The notes under the pieces are model-generated. The model was given only the letters and a program-made list of their open reading frames with translations. It was not told the DNA's origin and searched no databases. Positions 59,001-64,000 of a DNA stretch of 64,000 bases are shown here, in pieces. The DNA is from Cyanophora paradoxa CCMP329 (lineage: Eukaryota; Plantae; Glaucophyta): NCBI GenBank assembly GCA_004431415.1, contig QPMI01000588.1, forward strand, positions 208,834-272,833, written 5' to 3'. A program made the translations under genes and the position numbers. Position 1 is the first letter of the stretch. Every line of letters begins with the position of its first letter.

Positions 59001-59751
59001 GCCGGCGAAGACGCCGGCCTGCCCGACGTCGTGGACGCGGCACCGCTCCATGACGAGCGAGGCACCCTCGCGAGGCTCACGCCGTCCGTGTGGCACAGCG
59101 ACAGCTCGCAGCCGCTCAGCGCCGCCCGCACGCCCTCCCCCGCGAGGCGGCACCCGACGCGCCCGCCCCGCAGCGAGCACCCGCGCAGCGCCAGCGCGCA
59201 CTTGCCCGTCGCCGAGACGCCTGCGCCGCGCGTGAGGCGCGTCGGCGAGCGGGCGAGCTCCCAGACTCGAGGGGGCGCACAGGGGGCGTCCTCGGTGGCC
59301 TCGACCTCGCAGTCGACCAGCTCGAGGTCGCCGCCCGAGCAGAGGACGCCGCCGACCATCTCGCAGCCCATGTCCTCCGCCGGCCGCATCCGCACGCCGC
59401 CCACGCGCGCCCGGCCGGCGCTGCACGCCAGCACGAAGCCGCCGATGCCGAGGCGCCCGAGGAGGACCTTCTCCGCCCCGGCGCCCCGGATCTCGACGTC
59501 CTTGGCCAGCACCAGCGCCTGCTCCTCGTAGTACACGCCCTGGGATAGAATGCGGCGCATCAGCGCTGCCCTCGCGCCCGATCGGCGGTGCACGCGGCAC
59601 CTCTGCGATCTGGATGACGTCCCCGGCTCGCCTCCCGCAGGGCCTCCGCCGGCCACAGAAGCGTCCCCGGTAAGTTCGTCTGCTCTACGTACAACGTACG
59701 CGGCTCGCGCCTCGCCGCCGCAGGCGCCTCAACTCCAGGCCGCCGCTGCAT
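56010..59751 (-). CDS. Multi-exon right-handed parallel beta-helix (pectin-lyase-like) repeat protein; 3' end approximate
   Basis: AEALREAS..DVIQIAE|GVYYEEQALVLAKDVEIRG; LELVDCEVEA; LVMERCRVHDVGQAGVF; SLEDALVAARGGDEI; AALERCAVSGCRVGV; ELTDCAVGPCRQFGV; introns of ~50-70 bp. Confidence 0.75.
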
Positions 59752-59963
59752 TCTGGCAACGCTGTTCCGAGCTGGTAAACCTCTCTAGCTAACGATGCAC
59801 AGCTCAAATCTGCTCGGTGTGGCGCCCTGGAGCGGCTGGCGTTGTTGCCAATTGGCCTGAGGGGGTACGCATTACCTTTCTTGGCGCTCTCATTCTTTTT
59901 CGCACGAACCGGAGGCGGATTTGAGCGGCGCGCAACGTCCACAGCACGGCGCTTGACGAGGCG
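59752..59963. promoter_or_regulatory. Putative ~210-bp bidirectional promoter between head-to-head genes
   Basis: Divergent ATGs at 59751(-) and 59964(+); lower GC; central palindromic CCAATTGG (59848-59855) gives CCAAT on both strands. Confidence 0.5.
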
Positions 59964-61401
59964 ATGTCGTGGGTGGTGGTGCGCCGGCTGCCGGTCATCC
60001 CCCGCGCCGCTGATGCCGAGGGCGCGCCGCCCGCAGGCCCTCGCGCTCTTGTCGGCGTTTGCATACGTGTTTCGCGCCTATCTGGCCTTGAAGGGCAGGA
60101 AGGGCTCGAAGATTGGCCCCGAGAGCTACACCGGGCTCTCGCCGACCGAGAAGCCGACGCTGTTCGCCCCCGCTTCGGTCTACCTGTCCATCGTTGCACC
60201 CGCGTACAACGAGGATGAGCGGCTCCCGGCGTTCATGGCGGAGACCGCGCGGTACCTCCTCACGCGCGTGCGCCGGCGAGGCGCGGGTCGCGCGGGCGCC
60301 GCCGGCTCACGGCCGGCGCAGGGAGACGAAGGACAAGTCATTCACGTGGGAGCTGCTCATCGTGGACGACGGGAGCAGGGACAGGACCGTCAAGGTGGCC
60401 AATGAACAGGCCAAGGCCCTCGGCATCGAGTCCAAGACGCGCGTGATCAGCCTCCGCGTCAACTGCGGCAAGGGCGCCGCCGTCAAGACCGTGCGCTGAG
60501 CCCGAACCTCGCTGCTGCTGCTGCCGCCGCCCCCGTGCTGACGCGCCGGCGGCAGGGGATGCTGAACGCGCGCGGGGAGTACCTCCTCATGGCCGACTCG
60601 GACGGCGCGACGCTCATCACCGACGTCGAGCGCCTCGAGAGTGCGCCCGCACCGCCCCGCCCGCGCCGCCCGGCCCGCCCGCGCCCGACCGACCGGCTGC
60701 CCGGCAGCGTCGCTGAAGGGCGCGGCCAAGGGCGCCGACGGCTTCGGCATCGCCATCGGCTCCCGCGCGCACCTCAAGAACGAGGCCGACGCCGTCGCGC
60801 AGGTGGCCCCGTACCCCCTCCCCGCCCCGCCCCGCCGCTAACCGCGTACCCCCCGCGCCCCCGCAGCGGAAGCCGCACCGGCAGTTCGTCTCGTTCGTGT
60901 TCCGCGTCCTGCGGGAGCTCTGCGTCTCCGGCCTCAAGGACACCCAGTGCGGCTTCAAGCTCTTCACCCGCAAGGCACGCCGCCCCGTACCCCGGTCTCC
61001 CCCCTCCCGACCCTGACACAGCGTACCCCCTCCGCGCAGGCGGCGCAGCGGATCTTCCCGCAGCAGCACGTGGAGCGCTGGTGTTTCGACATTGAGCTGC
61101 TCCTCATCGCGCAGGTGCCCCGTACCCCGGCCCGCTGTCCCCCCCCTCCCCTCACCCCCCCTTCTTCCAGACTTTGAAGTACCCCATCTGCGAAATACCG
61201 GTCAACTGGACCGAGATCCCGGGCTCCAAGCTCGGGTCCGCGCCTCTCCCGCCCGCCCGCCCCCGGCCCCCGCCCGCCCTTCTCACGCCTGGCGCGCGCC
61301 AGGTGGTGAGCGCGTCGATCAACATGATCAAGGACCTGATCCGCATCCGCACCATGTACTGGCTCGGCTCCTGGCGCGTCCACAAGTCCACCCTCGCCTG
61401 A
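59964..61401 (+). CDS. ALG5: Dolichyl-phosphate beta-glucosyltransferase (GT2), ~9 exons
   Basis: N-terminal hydrophobic segment; YLSIVAPAYNEDERLP; WELLIVDDGSRDRT; NCGKGAAVK; GMLNARGEYLLMADSDGAT; AIGSRAHL; KDTQCGFKLFTR; HVERWCFDIELL; EIPVNWTEIPGSKL. Two splice junctions need a GC donor or a 1-bp indel. Confidence 0.93.
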
Positions 61402-61501
61402 GGGACCCGACCCCCGCCCCCGCCCCCCGCTTCCCCTCAACTGCCCCCGCCCCTTCCTCCCTTCGAATCCTGTAGCATATTGGTATCGCCCCTTTTTCTG
61501 T

Positions 61502-63272
61502 TCAAGTTATCTGGCTTGAGGCGACACGAGCCCAAGGCGGCTGCCCCGCATCTGCCGCCGGCGCCCGGCGGGCGGCGGCGGCCTCCTCGAGGGCGCGCTC
61601 CAGGGCGGCGCGGAAGGCGGCGTAGGGCTCGGCGGCCGCGGGGGCCGCGAAGAAACGCCCGGGGTCCTCGAGGCTCAGCAGGGCCCTCTGCGGCCGCCCC
61701 GAGGCCAGCGCCCCCTCGAACAGCGCCGCGAAGTCCCCCCGCGTCCACTGGGCGGGGTACAAGAGGCTCGCCGAGACCCTCGCGGGGGCCGGGAGGGCGA
61801 GGAGGGCGGCGAGGAGGGGGGCGGGGCGGAGGGCGGGGGCGAGGCGGCACTCGGACAGGTCGGCCGTGGCGAGGCTCGGGGCGTGGGGGCCGGCGGCGAG
61901 CCAGGCGAGGGCCCCCTCCCCCACCTCGCACTGCTCCAGGAGCAGGTGCCGCAGCCCGCGGAAGGAATCCGGGCCAGCGCGGCGGGGCCCGCGGGGAGCG
62001 CGCAGCAGGTCAGGACGAGCGAGGAGGCGGGCGGGGCGGGGGCGCCCGGGCCGGGGAAGCGGCGGGTTCGAGAAGGCGGGCGGCGGCGCGGGGGAGCGGG
62101 AAGGCGGCGCCGGAGGAGGCGCGGCCGAGGTGGAGGCTGGCGCAGCGCAGGCCGGCGGCGGCGGCGGCCTCGACGGCGGCGGCGGCGGCCGCCTCGCCGC
62201 CGGCCTCGGGCTCGAAGGCGAGGACAGAAGCGAGGCGGAGGGCGGGGAGGAGGGCCAAGTCCCCGGGGGCCCGCAGCTCCAGGCAGGCCTCCACCCGCTC
62301 CAGCCGCCCGTGGCAGTGCAGCCTCTGCAGGGGGTACGACGTCAGGTCGAATCGGAGGGCGGGGCGGGGTGGGCGGGGGGCGCTGCGGCACCAGGTCGAG
62401 GAGGGGGAAGGAGCCGGGGCAGCTGAGGGCCCCGCGGAGGCGGACCTCGCGTACCCCCCGGCGACGGGGCGGGAGGGCGCTGTAGACCATCCCCACGACA
62501 TCGGCGTCCTCTCCCGGGAAGTCTATGGAGAGGGCCTCCAGGCGGCGCAGGGCGCGCCCCGCGCCGGGGGCCGCGCCAGCTCCCGCACGCCGCCGAGGCG
62601 CGCGGACCAGGCCTCGCCGGCGCTCCGCGCGAGGAGCAGCCGCAGCCGCCGCACGCCGCCGCACGCAGCGCCGGCGAGCACGTCCGCCGCCTCCGCCCCC
62701 GTGAGCACCGCGCACGGCCCGAAGCGCTCGCCGGGGGCGGCGCGGGCGCCCCGGGCGGGCGCCCGCCGCGGCACTTGAGCGCCACCTCCGCCGCCGTCAT
62801 GCCCGCCACGACGCTGCAGAGCGATGCACGATCGGAATGAAGCTGGAATGGGCGGACGCGGCGCGCGGACGCGCACTGGAGGTCGAGCTGCGCGCTGAGG
62901 GGCTCGTCGAAGGCGGCGCGGCGCCAGCGGCGGCAGGCGGCGGAGGCCCGGCAGCGCTCGTTGACGGAGAGCAGCGCGAGGACGTGCGTGAGGAGCTCCT
63001 GCGGCAGCGCCCGCGTCGCCGCACCCGCCTCTCCATGGCCATCGCAATCGCCGCCCCCCTCCGCTGCTCCGCCGCCGCCCGGGTCGCCATCTGCAAGCGT
63101 CGCTGTCAGCGAACTCGCGATTGGTGCCGCGCGTACGGCTCCGCAGGCGCGCATGCGCCGCGCCGACCGGTTTGCAGCGAGGTCACGTGCACGCACCGGC
63201 CGCGCTGGACGAGTGAGCTGCGCAGCCTGCGCCTGCGCAGGTCGAGCTGGCGGCTTCCTGCTGCTCCGTCAT
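61502..63272 (-). CDS. F-box protein with a leucine-rich C-terminal region, multi-exon
   Basis: ALPQELLTHVLALLSVNERCRASAACRRWRRAAFDEPL (~62895-63010). Exon 1 MTEQQEAASS... splices in frame through a GT-AG intron; LRR-like LRRLEALSIDF and LATADLSEC downstream. Confidence 0.8.
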
Positions 63273-63599
63273 GCGTGCCGCCTTTACCTGCGGCCGGCCC
63301 GGGTACCGGTTCGAATTCGAATTCGCCCGCCGGTTCGAATTCGAATCGAAGCGACGGGCGCTTCGAATTCCGGGTTGCGGGGCAGCCGGTGCTCGATCCA
63401 GGGGTCGGACAGGCTAATGACCGCTGAGCGCTAGCTGGCGCTCTGGCCGAGGCGAGCGAGCGCGCGCCGCACGCGGCGCGGGCGCGAGCGGGCGCGCGGA
63501 ATTCGAATGCATGCCCACTGGGCCACGCAGATATCTTCTCCATTGCCTCTGGCGCGGCGTGCCTTCCACTGAAGGCACCCAATAAGTTGTATTATGTGT

Positions 63600-64000
63600 G
63601 CCTTCTACTTGTTCTGTAAATAATCCACGGAGGCTCAGGAGGTGTACTTGCGCTGGCCCATGACCTGCGGGTGCGTGAGGCTCGGTCCGCGGAGGGCGGC
63701 GGGGCGGCGGGGCGGGCGGGCGCGCACGTCTCCGAGGGGGTCGCTCTTCGCCCGCCACTGCCCGTCCCGCAGCAGCTCCCGCAACCTGCAGCGGGGACTT
63801 GCCGGGTCAGATCCATGAGAAACGGGAGGCTGGGCGGGACGCCGGGAGGAGGGCACCGCTGCTCGGGGGCGGCGGGGGCGGTCCCGCCGAAGGCGGCGCG
63901 GACGAGGGACCAGGGGTGCCCCGACGAGACGTACTGCAGGAACCCCGCCCCCTTCTGCATCTGGTATGGGGGTACGCGTGAAATTGGTTTGGGAGGGGGG
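63600..64000 (-). CDS. 3' part of an unidentified intron-containing gene running off the window
   Basis: Exon-like MQKGAGFLQYVSSGHPWSLVRAAFGG after an AG acceptor; GC-rich exons alternating with short C-rich introns. Confidence 0.4.

Overview
Eukaryotic, GC-rich DNA with short introns (probably an alga or protist; taxon is inference only). About 55 kb is nested repeat and transposon sequence, followed by about 8.5 kb of compact host genes. In order: (1) 1-9733, a ~501-bp satellite of ~19 copies with higher-order duplications. (2) 9958-15736, a complete gag-only LTR retrotransposon with apparently identical 300-bp LTRs and an AGCGC TSD; its PBS region carries an odd tRNA-derived 1.5-copy insert. 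(3) ~16200-21955, a lower-GC block with a decayed class-III PLP aminotransferase gene, a 336-bp tandem array and a possible CACTG transposon end. (4) 21956-49200, a 5'-truncated giant Ty3/gypsy element with ~4,600 codons of gag-pol, ~2,400 of them unassignable between nucleocapsid and protease. (5) 33889-45857, nested in that pol, a 12-kb non-coding element with split direct repeats (A1-B1-A2-spacer-B2, the TOC1/PAT/Ngaro tyrosine-recombinase retroelement layout), no TSD, carrying two minisatellite arrays. (6) 49200-55445, mutually nested TA-flanked MITEs, poly(A)-tailed non-LTR fragments and a Helitron2/Helentron-like element. (7) 56000-64000, a parallel beta-helix gene, ALG5, an F-box gene and the 3' end of one more gene. 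The most novel signals are the satellite-laden split-direct-repeat element, the giant gag-pol, triplicated primer-tRNA-like motifs upstream of both PPTs, and a window-wide signature of short palindromic insertions. All coordinates and comparisons were made by eye; many frameshifts may be sequencing indels.
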